The notes under the pieces were generated by a model. That model worked only from the letters and a program-made list of their open reading frames with translations, was not told the DNA's origin and searched no databases. Below are positions 37,621-46,317 of a DNA stretch of 64,000 bases, piece after piece. Made by a program: the position numbers and the translations under genes. Every line of letters begins with the position of its first letter. Position 1 is the first letter of the stretch. This DNA is from Lentisphaeria bacterium UBA5247 (GTDB taxonomy: Bacteria > Verrucomicrobiota > Lentisphaeria > Victivallales > Victivallaceae), in contig DHTZ01000029.1 in the NCBI GenBank assembly GCA_002408885.1, positions 2,041 through 66,040 of the forward strand. Direction: 5' to 3'.

Positions 37621-38414
37621 ACAACCAGAATTGGGCGATTGAGCTCGAAAACGTCAATGTCCGTCTTGACGGCAACCATATCCTGAAAAATCTTTCCTGG
37701 AAAATCCCGCAGGGCGAACACAACTTCATCCTCGGCGCCAACGGCGCGGGCAAAACCACACTGGTCAAAACCATGATGGGATTCGTCTGGCCGCTGTTCG
37801 GCGCCACCGTCCGGGTGATGGGGCATACCTACGGACAGACCAATTTGATCGAACTGCGCCGCGATATCGCCTGGGTATCGCCGTTCATGCAGCAATACAC
37901 CGCCACCGGCGACTGGACGGCGCTTGACATTGTGCTGACCGGAATCGACGGTACGCTGGGGCTTTTCCGCAAAGTGAGCGAGGAAGAACGCGAACACGCC
38001 CTGAACGCCATGCGCGCGCTCTACTGCGGACACATCGCCAAACGGCGGATTCCGCTGCTTTCATCCGGCGAACAGATCAAGGTGCTGATCTGCCGGGCGC
38101 TGATGACGCGCCCCCGCCTGATGATCATGGACGAAGCCTGTGTGCATCTGGACATGAAGGGCAGGGAATATCTGCTGGATACTATTGCACAGTTCGCCGC
38201 CGCGCCGGACGCGCCCACCATTATTTTCATCACCCAGCGGATCGAAGACATTCTGCCGGTGTTCACCAAAGGGATCATCCTGAAACACGGAGAGATTATC
38301 GGCTGCGGCGCCCGCGAAAAATTGATCACCGAAGAAAACCTGAAAGAAGCCTTTGAAATGGATATCCGGCTCCAACAGAGCCGTTCCGGGCGCTTCTGGC
38401 CGGTGATCGACTGA
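37617..38414 (+). CDS. orphan ABC-type ATPase (ModF/YlmA-like), no permease gene adjacent
   Basis: Walker A GANGAGKTT, signature LSSGEQ, Walker B LMIMDEA. The expected H-loop position reads ITQRIED, with no His. Confidence 0.85.
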   Translation: MNNQNWAIELENVNVRLDGNHILKNLSWKIPQGEHNFILGANGAGKTTLVKTMMGFVWPLFGATVRVMGHTYGQTNLIELRRDIAWVSPFMQQYTATGDWTALDIVLTGIDGTLGLFRKVSEEEREHALNAMRALYCGHIAKRRIPLLSSGEQIKVLICRALMTRPRLMIMDEACVHLDMKGREYLLDTIAQFAAAPDAPTIIFITQRIEDILPVFTKGIILKHGEIIGCGAREKLITEENLKEAFEMDIRLQQSRSGRFWPVID

Positions 38415-38417
38415 GAA

Positions 38418-39218
38418 TCAAAGTCCGTGGCGCTTCGCTTCCTGCCAGAGTGTTTCCATCTGATCAAGCGAAGCGTCGTCCAATGATATATCCTGCTCCG
38501 CCAGCTTGTTTTCCAGATAGCGGAACCGGCGGGAAAATTTGCGGATGGTCTTTTGCAGCAGGTCTTCCGAAGTACCCTGTTTGCGGAAGCGCACCAGATT
38601 CACCGCGGCGAAAATCAGATCACCAAGTTCTTCGTTGATTTCCTCGTCATTGCCGCCGGCCATGGCCTCCTTCAATTCCTGAAGTTCCTCGGTGATCTTA
38701 TCGACAATCTGTTTCGGGCTTTCCCAGTCGAATCCGTAACGGGCGACTTTGCGCTGGAGTTTCTCCGCCTGAAGCAGTCCGGACAAGCTGCGGGGAATAC
38801 CGTCCAGCACCGATTTGCGGTCGCTGCGGCCTTCCTGTTTTTTGACCGCTTCCCAGATTTCGATGACATCGTCGGAGGTCCCGGCGTCGGCGTCGGCGAA
38901 TACGTGGGGGTGGCGGCGGATCATTTTGGCATTGATCTCCCGCATGGCGTCGCCAAACGCGAAATCGCCGCGTTCTTCGGCGATGACGGCGAAAAACGCC
39001 AGATTCATCATCACATCACCGAGCTCCTCGCGCATGTGGGCGGGATCACCCTCGTCCACGGCGTCCAGCAGTTCGGCGGTTTCTTCCGCGAGGGTGTTTT
39101 TCAACGATTCGTAAGTCTGTTTGCGGTCCCAGGGGCAGCCCTCCGGCGAACGGAGCGCTCGTAAAATATCGACCAGTCCTTCAGCGGTGGCCGGATAAAA
39201 ATGCTTTTCTGCTTTCAT
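38418..39218 (-). CDS. mazG: nucleoside triphosphate pyrophosphohydrolase MazG
   Basis: 266 aa. Tandem MazG domains with EExxE/ELGD motifs (ETAELLDAV...EELGDVMMNL, and EELGDLIFA). Confidence 0.85.
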   Translation of the reverse strand: MKAEKHFYPATAEGLVDILRALRSPEGCPWDRKQTYESLKNTLAEETAELLDAVDEGDPAHMREELGDVMMNLAFFAVIAEERGDFAFGDAMREINAKMIRRHPHVFADADAGTSDDVIEIWEAVKKQEGRSDRKSVLDGIPRSLSGLLQAEKLQRKVARYGFDWESPKQIVDKITEELQELKEAMAGGNDEEINEELGDLIFAAVNLVRFRKQGTSEDLLQKTIRKFSRRFRYLENKLAEQDISLDDASLDQMETLWQEAKRHGL

Positions 39219-39238
39219 CGGAATTTATCTTTCGTTTT

Positions 39239-39760
39239 TTAACGTTCCAATACATCTCGTATGCTTACGGCGCTGACTTTCCAGCGGCCGTCGACTTTGA
39301 CGAAGTTACAACGCAGGTCACGCACGCCGCCCTCGTGTTCACCGTTGTTCAACACGCCGCGCACCGAGGCGACGAAATCCGCCACCGCGGTTTCACCGCC
39401 GGGAGCCACTTCAATATACAAATCCTTGATCGTCGGGGTGATACTTCTGAACATGGTGCGAATCCGCATGGAGTGGTTGGTGATGCCCTCCGAATCCAGG
39501 TAGCCGTTGTCGATGTAACCGCCCAGGCTGATTCCGCAGGGAGAGGTGAAATATTTGGGCAACGCCTTGGAATTAATGAGATTGCTGGTGGTGCCGTCGC
39601 TGTCGCGTTTGGTGATGTTCTCGGTCACTTCGGATAAAATCCGGCGGATGCCGGTTTCGTCATCTTCTCGTTTCATCCAGAAATGCCAGGCAACCGCCGC
39701 TGCCGCCATCAATAAAATCAAGAGTAAAATGCCTTGCCGGATCGCTTTCCCAGTTACCAT
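39239..39760 (-). CDS. membrane-anchored NTF2/SnoaL-like fold protein
   Basis: Start set at MVTGKAIRQGILLLILLMAAAAVAW. The longer 39886 start would lie inside lepB. The C-terminal ...CNFVKVDGRWKVSAVSI is typical of NTF2-like domains. Confidence 0.5.
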   Translation of the reverse strand: MVTGKAIRQGILLLILLMAAAAVAWHFWMKREDDETGIRRILSEVTENITKRDSDGTTSNLINSKALPKYFTSPCGISLGGYIDNGYLDSEGITNHSMRIRTMFRSITPTIKDLYIEVAPGGETAVADFVASVRGVLNNGEHEGGVRDLRCNFVKVDGRWKVSAVSIRDVLER

Positions 39761-40296
39761 GTCGGTGCTCCTATGATACGCCGGCGCAGAACCTGCCCGA
39801 ACCGGTGCTGCTGAATCGGCTGCGAACGGTTGTCGCCTACCACATAATAGTAGCCGGCTTCGACCTTGCGCGGGGGAAGATTCCATTTGGAGGGCAGCTT
39901 CAGGTAGGGTTCGGGCAGTTCCTGTCCGTCGATGTATAATTTGCCGTTACGGAATTCAATGGTTTCACCGGGCAGGGCGACCACCCGTTTCAAGTACATG
40001 ACGCGGTCGTCGTAGCGGATGACCACGACATCGCCGCGCTGCGGTTCCCTGCCGGAAAATTTAAAACGGTTGACCAGGTTGACGCCGAGGCTTTTGTAGG
40101 TCGGCTCCATGCTGCCGCCGCTGATCAGCACCGGACGGAAAAAAACGCCGAAAAAGACCAGGCAGGCCACGGCCAGCACGGCCAGCCGGATCAGGTAAAT
40201 CGGGGTTATCCGCGGAGCAAAAAATTCTCTGGCGGAACCGGGGATAAATATGATTTTCAATTTATGTAAAAAAGTGCCGGAACTCTGTTTTTTCAT
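39754..40296 (-). CDS. lepB: signal peptidase I
   Basis: S26 motifs SGGSMEPT, KRVVALPGE and GDNRSQ. Confidence 0.85.
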   Translation of the reverse strand: MKKQSSGTFLHKLKIIFIPGSAREFFAPRITPIYLIRLAVLAVACLVFFGVFFRPVLISGGSMEPTYKSLGVNLVNRFKFSGREPQRGDVVVIRYDDRVMYLKRVVALPGETIEFRNGKLYIDGQELPEPYLKLPSKWNLPPRKVEAGYYYVVGDNRSQPIQQHRFGQVLRRRIIGAPTW

Positions 40297-40371
40297 CGTT
40301 TTCCCGTTTTATCATGGCAATTGAATATATTGGTGAATTTTGTAAAATACAAATCAAATCCGCTTTTGAGA

Positions 40372-40400
40372 TTGACATTTTGTCGGATTTGCTGTATCTT
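40372..40400 (+). promoter_or_regulatory. candidate promoter of the DUF308 gene
   Basis: TTGACA (40372-40377), 17-nt spacer, TATCTT (40395-40400). Flanked by the 8-bp inverted repeat CAAATCCG / CGGATTTG (40355-40362 / 40384-40391). Confidence 0.35.
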
Positions 40401-40428
40401 TGCTCATCGCTAACAAGAAGGAGATGAT

Positions 40429-41028
40429 ATGGAAAAGAATAAAATCGCCATCGTCGGACTGAACTTCATGTGCGGTTTGACCCGCTCGACGATGATTGTC
40501 AGAGGGATTCTCTTTATCCTTCTCGGACTGGCCATGCTGATCTGTCCGCTGGGACTTGTCCGCATTATCGTTCAGGTCACCGGGGCATTGCTGATCTTCA
40601 ACGGCATCGGAGCGTTGTTCGCGCCTCCGCATTTTTCGCCGGTACTGCGCTGGGGATATCCGATCATAACCATCCTGCTGGGGCTGTTTGCACTGATCCT
40701 GCCGGGTGAGACTCAATGGATGTTCCTGATGTTCATTGCGGCATGGTTCCTGCTCAGCGGAGGCATTCAGCTGGCCATGCTTTTCCTGCCCGGCGACAAT
40801 GGACCTGCCAAGGCGCTGTCCGGATTGTCCGCGGTCATCAATATCCTGCTCGGGGTTATTTTCGCCTCGCATCCGTTCACCGGGCTGGTCGCCTTTCTCT
40901 GGCTCTTTGCCTCTTTCCTGATTGCGGGAGGGATTTTCACCATTGTATTGGGCTGCTGCATGCCGCAGTTGACCGCGAGCGTCTGCGGCTGCCGCAACGA
41001 CGGCGACGAAAATCAATCGCAGGACTGA
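40429..41028 (+). CDS. HdeD/DUF308-family membrane protein
   Basis: 199 aa, six hydrophobic helices with the repeated GxxxIxxG pattern typical of DUF308. Confidence 0.65.
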   Translation: MEKNKIAIVGLNFMCGLTRSTMIVRGILFILLGLAMLICPLGLVRIIVQVTGALLIFNGIGALFAPPHFSPVLRWGYPIITILLGLFALILPGETQWMFLMFIAAWFLLSGGIQLAMLFLPGDNGPAKALSGLSAVINILLGVIFASHPFTGLVAFLWLFASFLIAGGIFTIVLGCCMPQLTASVCGCRNDGDENQSQD

Positions 41029-42272
41029 ACCTCGTCAAACGCTCGCAACGCTTCCGGAAACGGAGTCAGCACCCGCCGCAGCACCCCTTGGCAATAGGAA
41101 ATGCACATGCCGTAATTGGTGACCGGGATTCCGGCGGCGTTCGCCTGCTGAATTCGCGAAAGCACCGCCCGGCGGTTCAGCATGCAGCCGCCGCACAGAA
41201 TCACCAATGAGTAACTGTTCAGGTCGTCCGGGTAGTTGCAGCCCGCGAAAACTTCAATGTCCAGATCGTCGCGCCCGGTATAGCGGCGCAGCCAGCGCGG
41301 GATTTTAACCCTGCCGATATCGTCTTCCGTTTCATGATGGGTACAGGCTTCGGCGATCAGCACTTTGCCGCCGTGTCTCTTTAAATTCTCGATGGCGGCG
41401 GCCCCCGCGGCCATCGCCGCCATGTCGCCTTTCAGCCGGGCAAACAGGATTGAAAACGTTGTACAGGGCATATCGTCCGGCGTCTCGCGCACCATCAGGT
41501 CCACCACCTGCGAATCGCAGATCGCCAGCGCGGCCGGAGTTTTGAGGTTGTCCAATGCCTGACGGTAACGGCCTTCTTTGACCATGATGGCGATATTGTC
41601 ATGGTCCAAAGCATCGCGCAAAGTCTGCACCTGCGGCAGGATCAGGCGTCCTTTCGGAGCTTGCAAGTCGATGGGAATCAACAGGACCACCGCGTCGCCC
41701 GGCGCGACAAGGTCCGCCACCAACGGCGGCGGGACCAGAAAATCATCGGGACAGAATTCGATCAGCGCCTGCTTGTATTCGTTGAGAAAACGGTCCCGCG
41801 CCGCCGGATCGCTGCTGGAAACGGCAATGACGGCGCCGCCGTTGGTTTCCGTTTTGACGGCATCCCGGAATTCCGGCGAAAGGGGAGCGAGGTCGCATTT
41901 ATTGACAATGGTGATCAGGGGGATTTTGCGCGAAAGCGCTTCCTGAACGACTCGTTTTTCGGTATCGCCCCACTGTCCGGCTTCCGTCACCAGAGTGATG
42001 ATATCCGCCTGGCCGAAGACTTTGTAGGTTTTGCGAAGCCGTTCCGTTCCCAGTTCGCTGACATCGTCCAGTCCGGCGGTGTCCAGAAATACCACCGGGC
42101 CGAGCGGCAGAAGCTCCATCGGCTTGCTGACCACGTCGGTTGTCGTACCGGCGATGGGGGAGGTGATGGCGGCCGGTTGACCGGAGATGAGGTTCAACAA
42201 ACTTGATTTGCCGACGTTGGTCCGTCCGAAAATTCCGATATGAAGCCGTAGTGACTTGGGGGCCTGTTCCAT
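41013..42272 (-). CDS. hydF: [FeFe]-hydrogenase H-cluster maturation GTPase HydF
   Basis: G1 GRTNVGKSS, G-domain, and C-terminal cluster motif CTH...x46...LCGGC. Start set at MEQAPKS. The upstream extension is AT-rich non-coding sequence. Confidence 0.8.
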   Translation of the reverse strand: MEQAPKSLRLHIGIFGRTNVGKSSLLNLISGQPAAITSPIAGTTTDVVSKPMELLPLGPVVFLDTAGLDDVSELGTERLRKTYKVFGQADIITLVTEAGQWGDTEKRVVQEALSRKIPLITIVNKCDLAPLSPEFRDAVKTETNGGAVIAVSSSDPAARDRFLNEYKQALIEFCPDDFLVPPPLVADLVAPGDAVVLLIPIDLQAPKGRLILPQVQTLRDALDHDNIAIMVKEGRYRQALDNLKTPAALAICDSQVVDLMVRETPDDMPCTTFSILFARLKGDMAAMAAGAAAIENLKRHGGKVLIAEACTHHETEDDIGRVKIPRWLRRYTGRDDLDIEVFAGCNYPDDLNSYSLVILCGGCMLNRRAVLSRIQQANAAGIPVTNYGMCISYCQGVLRRVLTPFPEALRAFDEVQSCD

Positions 42273-42355
42273 TCCGCACCTCGTATAAATCGTTAATTTT
42301 ATATTAATATAATCGGATTTCGATGAAATAAAAGCCGTTATTTGCAATTACCCTC

Positions 42356-42383
42356 TTTAAAAAGGCTTCATTTCATGTTATAA
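42356..42383 (+). promoter_or_regulatory. candidate extended -10 promoter of the clpS-clpA operon
   Basis: TGTTATAAT (42375-42383) with TTTAAA 16 nt upstream. This implies a ~160-nt leader before the ATG at 42550. Confidence 0.45.
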
Positions 42384-42549
42384 TATACGAAGAAAACGCC
42401 ATGTGCGAGTTTTTTCAATAATAACATCCGGGATGCGGAATTGTTCTTTTCGCCCCGCTCTGTCCGGTGCGCTGAATTGCGTGCCGTTTATATTTATTGA
42501 AAACCCGCGCATACGTAAAAAAATGAATCATTAAATGGTTGGAGTTGAC

Positions 42550-42867
42550 ATGGCACTGTTAAGTGACAATGAGATAAAAGAGGTGATCCGGCAGACCGCA
42601 AGCATGGAAATCCGGGAATCGCGCCGGCAAGTTCCATACTGGCTGATGCGCGGACTGTGCGTTATCATCGGCGCGGCGTTCTGGCTGCTTTGTTTGTTGC
42701 TGTTACTGGGGAGCAATCCGGTCTGGATTGTGTTCCTGTTGTTGGGGACCTGCTGGCTGGAGGCGGCGGTGATTTTTCATCTGGTCTGGCGGCGTTATGC
42801 CGAAGCCACCATCTGGAAGAAGCACGCCATGGCGGCCGAAACTTCAGGAAGCGGGGATGACGCATGA
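42550..42867 (+). CDS. small two-TM membrane protein coupled to clpS
   Basis: GGAG RBS 6 nt before the ATG at 42550. Stop overlaps the clpS start (ATGA). Hydrophobic segments LCVIIGAAFWLLCLLLLLG and VWIVFLLLGTCWLEAAVIF. Confidence 0.5.
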   Translation: MALLSDNEIKEVIRQTASMEIRESRRQVPYWLMRGLCVIIGAAFWLLCLLLLLGSNPVWIVFLLLGTCWLEAAVIFHLVWRRYAEATIWKKHAMAAETSGSGDDA

Positions 42868-43166
42868 CCCGGATTCAGGAAAAAACCAAAAGCAAAACAT
42901 CGTCCAGAATCAGTGAGCCGCCGTGGTACAAAGTCGTTATGTTAAATGATGATGTGACGACGATGGAATTTGTGGTGGTGGTTCTGATGCAGGTATTTCA
43001 CCGGTCGTTCGAAGACGCCCGGAAGTTGATGATGGACATTCATCAGAAAGGCAGCGCGGTTTGCGGGGTTTACCCGCACAGCGTGGCCGAAACCAAAGTT
43101 GAACAGGTTGTGCTGATGGCGGCGGCGAATGCTTTTCCGCTGCAATGCCGGATGGAGGAGGAATAA
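42864..43166 (+). CDS. clpS: ATP-dependent Clp protease adaptor ClpS
   Basis: 100 aa. YKVVMLNDDVTTMEFVVVVLMQVF is the conserved ClpS core. Confidence 0.9.
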   Translation: MTRIQEKTKSKTSSRISEPPWYKVVMLNDDVTTMEFVVVVLMQVFHRSFEDARKLMMDIHQKGSAVCGVYPHSVAETKVEQVVLMAAANAFPLQCRMEEE

Positions 43167-43169
43167 ACG

Positions 43170-45467
43170 ATGTCGGATGATAGAAATACACCCCAGCCGT
43201 CCGAAGGTTTGAGGACCGCCCTGAGCCAGTCCGTCGAATTTGCCCGGGAGTTTCCGCATGACATGATTCTTCCGGAGCACCTGTTGGCGGCCTTGTGCAA
43301 TGACGGCAAAATCGGCAGGCTTTTCGACAGCCTCGGCGCCGATCTTTATGAAATGCGCAATGTGTTGTGGAAGTTTCTGGACGAACGGCTTGAGAAAGTC
43401 AACGTTCAGGTAATGCCGATGGAATCGACCGCCTTGAAGCGCATGCTCAGCCGGGCGCTTCAGCGTGCTGTGACGGAACAACGAAGCATTGTCGGTGTGG
43501 TTGATGTCCTGATGAGCTTTTTTGACGAGGAGAAATCATTCGCCAACTATTTGCTGCTGAAAGAAGAAGTGAACCGGGAACGGGTCGAGGAAGAAATCAG
43601 CCTTGACGATTTTTACCTGGACGAAGACGGCGACGACGACAGCATGTTTGAGGACGAAGACGGCGACAGCGGGGAATCCCGGCGGAAAGCAGAAAAAGGC
43701 CCGTTCCGCCATACGCGTAAATACGCCGTGAACCTGACCGAGCTCGCCCGTGACGGCAAAATCGATCCGATCATCGGGCGCAAACAGGAACTCGAGCGCA
43801 CCATGCAGGTCCTGTGCCGCCGCAAAAAAAACAATCCGGTACTGGTCGGAGAAGCCGGCGTCGGCAAGACCGCCATTGTGGAAGGACTGGCGCTTGAAAT
43901 CGCCAACGACCAGACCCCGGAACGGCTCCGCAACTACGAGATATGGGCGCTGGACATGGGAGCCATGGTGGCGGGTACCAAATTCCGCGGCGAATTCGAA
44001 GAACGCTTGAAAAAGGTGATCGACGAATTAAGCAAAGTGGAAAACAGTATTCTGTTTGTGGATGAACTCCATGTCGTTGTAGGTGCGGGTTCGGTGAGCA
44101 GCGGTTCGCTGGATGCGTCGAATATCCTGAAACCGGCCCTGGCCAGCGGCGCCATCAAATGTATCGGCGTAACCACTTACGACGATTATAAAAATCATAT
44201 TCTGAAAGATAAGGCGTTCAGTCGCCGTTTTCAGAAGATCGACGTACCGGAACCGTCCCAGGCGGAAGCCATTGAAATTCTGAAAGGATTGAAGCCTTAT
44301 TATGAGAAATTTTACGACGTGACCTTTGCCGAGGACGCTCTTGAACAGGCCGTGATGCTTTCGTGCCGCCACCTGAATGACCGCTTCCTGCCGGACAAGG
44401 CGATTGACGTCATGGATGAAGCCGGGGCGCGCAATGCCCTGCTGGATGCCCGAAAGGTTCCGGTCATCAAGGTGGAAGCCGTGGAAGACGTGGTCGCCTC
44501 CATGGCCAATATTCCCCCTGCGCGGGTCACCGCCAGCGACAATACCAAGCTCCGCAATCTTGAAACGGAGTTGAAATCCGTTATCTATGGACAGGACGAA
44601 GCCGTGAGCGGCGTAACGTCCGCGGTAAAGATATCCCGCGCGGGAATCGGCAGCCCGCTGAAGCCGGTCGGTTCATTCCTGTTCTGCGGCCCCACCGGGT
44701 GCGGCAAAACGGAACTGGCGCGCCAACTGGCGGACAAGATGGGTATCCAGTTCATCCGTTTCGATATGAGCGAGTATTCCGAGAAACACACCGTTTCCAA
44801 ACTGATCGGCAGCCCGCCCGGCTACGTCGGGTTCGAGCAATCCGGGCTGCTGACCGAAGCGCTGCTCCGGACGCCGCATTGTGTGCTGCTGCTGGACGAA
44901 ATCGAAAAGGCGCATTCGGATATCTACAACATCCTGCTCCAGATTTTCGACTACGGCACGCTGACCGATAACAACGGCCGCAAGGCGGATTTCCGCAATG
45001 CCATCGTGATCATGACCAGCAATGTCGGCGCGCGCCAGCTTGACGCGCCGGTAATCGGCTTCGGCGACGAAGTCCGCCCGGAAACCTCTACCCGCAAGGA
45101 AGTGGAAAAATATTTCAGCCCGGAATTCCGAAACCGGCTGGACGGCATCATTTTCTTCAATCGCCTGTCCCGCGAACTGATGCGCCGGATTGTGCGGAAA
45201 TTCATCGTCCGACTGCAGGAAAGCCTGTTGGAACGCGGCGTAAAAATCACCTTGACCGAAAAAGCCATTGACTGGTTCGCCGAAAAAGGGTTTGACCCGA
45301 AAATGGGCGCGCGTCCGCTGGAACGGCTGATCCGCTCGTCGCTTCAGGAAAAATTGGCCGATGAAATTCTGTTCGGCAAATTGGAGCAGGGGGGCGGTGT
45401 TCGGGTCGATATCACCCGCGGCGAAATCAGCCTGTCCGTCCGGGCCGCTCAGGAAAAGACGAAATAA
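43170..45467 (+). CDS. clpA: ATP-dependent Clp protease ATP-binding subunit ClpA
   Basis: 765 aa. Clp N-domain plus two AAA+ modules (GEAGVGKTA; GPTGCGKTE). Confidence 0.9.
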   Translation: MSDDRNTPQPSEGLRTALSQSVEFAREFPHDMILPEHLLAALCNDGKIGRLFDSLGADLYEMRNVLWKFLDERLEKVNVQVMPMESTALKRMLSRALQRAVTEQRSIVGVVDVLMSFFDEEKSFANYLLLKEEVNRERVEEEISLDDFYLDEDGDDDSMFEDEDGDSGESRRKAEKGPFRHTRKYAVNLTELARDGKIDPIIGRKQELERTMQVLCRRKKNNPVLVGEAGVGKTAIVEGLALEIANDQTPERLRNYEIWALDMGAMVAGTKFRGEFEERLKKVIDELSKVENSILFVDELHVVVGAGSVSSGSLDASNILKPALASGAIKCIGVTTYDDYKNHILKDKAFSRRFQKIDVPEPSQAEAIEILKGLKPYYEKFYDVTFAEDALEQAVMLSCRHLNDRFLPDKAIDVMDEAGARNALLDARKVPVIKVEAVEDVVASMANIPPARVTASDNTKLRNLETELKSVIYGQDEAVSGVTSAVKISRAGIGSPLKPVGSFLFCGPTGCGKTELARQLADKMGIQFIRFDMSEYSEKHTVSKLIGSPPGYVGFEQSGLLTEALLRTPHCVLLLDEIEKAHSDIYNILLQIFDYGTLTDNNGRKADFRNAIVIMTSNVGARQLDAPVIGFGDEVRPETSTRKEVEKYFSPEFRNRLDGIIFFNRLSRELMRRIVRKFIVRLQESLLERGVKITLTEKAIDWFAEKGFDPKMGARPLERLIRSSLQEKLADEILFGKLEQGGGVRVDITRGEISLSVRAAQEKTK

Positions 45468-45640
45468 AGACCGCTGGAAACCACCGCGAGAAGTAGAATT
45501 ATGGTGATGATCCGGCCTCGGAAAATTCGCGGCTGGGGGTCGCGCAACGTATAACCGGAGATCCGGTTAAAGCTTTCCGTGCGGGCATATCCGATCAGGG
45601 CGTCGGCATTTTTGCGGCGCTTTTTTTTTGCCGCCGCCAT
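45449..45640 (-). CDS. 63-aa tail-anchored basic protein
   Basis: Its ATG overlaps the stop of the upstream gene (TGATG). N-terminal KKKRRK and C-terminal helix [19 protein letters not shown]. Its 3' end overlaps clpA by 19 nt. Confidence 0.4.
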   Translation of the reverse strand: MAAAKKKRRKNADALIGYARTESFNRISGYTLRDPQPRIFRGRIITIILLLAVVSSGLYFVFS

Positions 45641-46317
45641 CAGACTCCGCCCATGGTCATGATAATGGTGGTCCCGATGATCAAGGCCGCCAGGATGATG
45701 CCGAAAAAGACCGGCAACGCCAATCCCAGCCCCAGCCGCAACAATTGCAGAAAACTCAACGAGGCGATTTCATGGACGACCGACGTATTGCCGTTTTTTT
45801 CCGACGCTCCCTGACTCAGCAGTTTGCGGACGGTGGCGGCGTGGCGGATGATGACCAATCGAGCCTGTTCCAGATTGCGGTTGTGAGAGGTGAATTTTTC
45901 CGGTTCCTGATTAACCGCGTTAAAACTCTCCGGCAGTTCGCTCAGTTCCTGAAAGAACTGGTCGAATACCAATTGCAGTTTTTCCGCTTCGCCCACGGTC
46001 TGGCGGCAGTCGGTGAGTTCGGCTTCCAGCAACGCCGAAAATTCGGCAAGGCGCAATAATTGCTCGCGGCGAACTCTGGCGTATTCTTCAAAATGCTTCC
46101 GCTCGACCGTAAACGACGGCTTCTCCGGCGAAACGGCCGGACCGGCGGCGTATTCCGATACGGCCGGAGCCGGAACCGACCGGGTTTCCAGTTCGCCGGC
46201 AATGGCCTGTTCCTGATGCGATTTCAGGCGTTCTCCGGAGTAGATCAATTTATCACTGATATAGTTGTTACGTCTTTTCATGATTTTTAATATATCATGG
46301 GGATACGGACTTGTCAA
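45640..46317 (-). CDS. coiled-coil protein with C-terminal TM helices
   Basis: 225 aa. 4-nt overlap with ygiQ. No recognisable family. Confidence 0.5.
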   Translation of the reverse strand: MTSPYPHDILKIMKRRNNYISDKLIYSGERLKSHQEQAIAGELETRSVPAPAVSEYAAGPAVSPEKPSFTVERKHFEEYARVRREQLLRLAEFSALLEAELTDCRQTVGEAEKLQLVFDQFFQELSELPESFNAVNQEPEKFTSHNRNLEQARLVIIRHAATVRKLLSQGASEKNGNTSVVHEIASLSFLQLLRLGLGLALPVFFGIILAALIIGTTIIMTMGGV

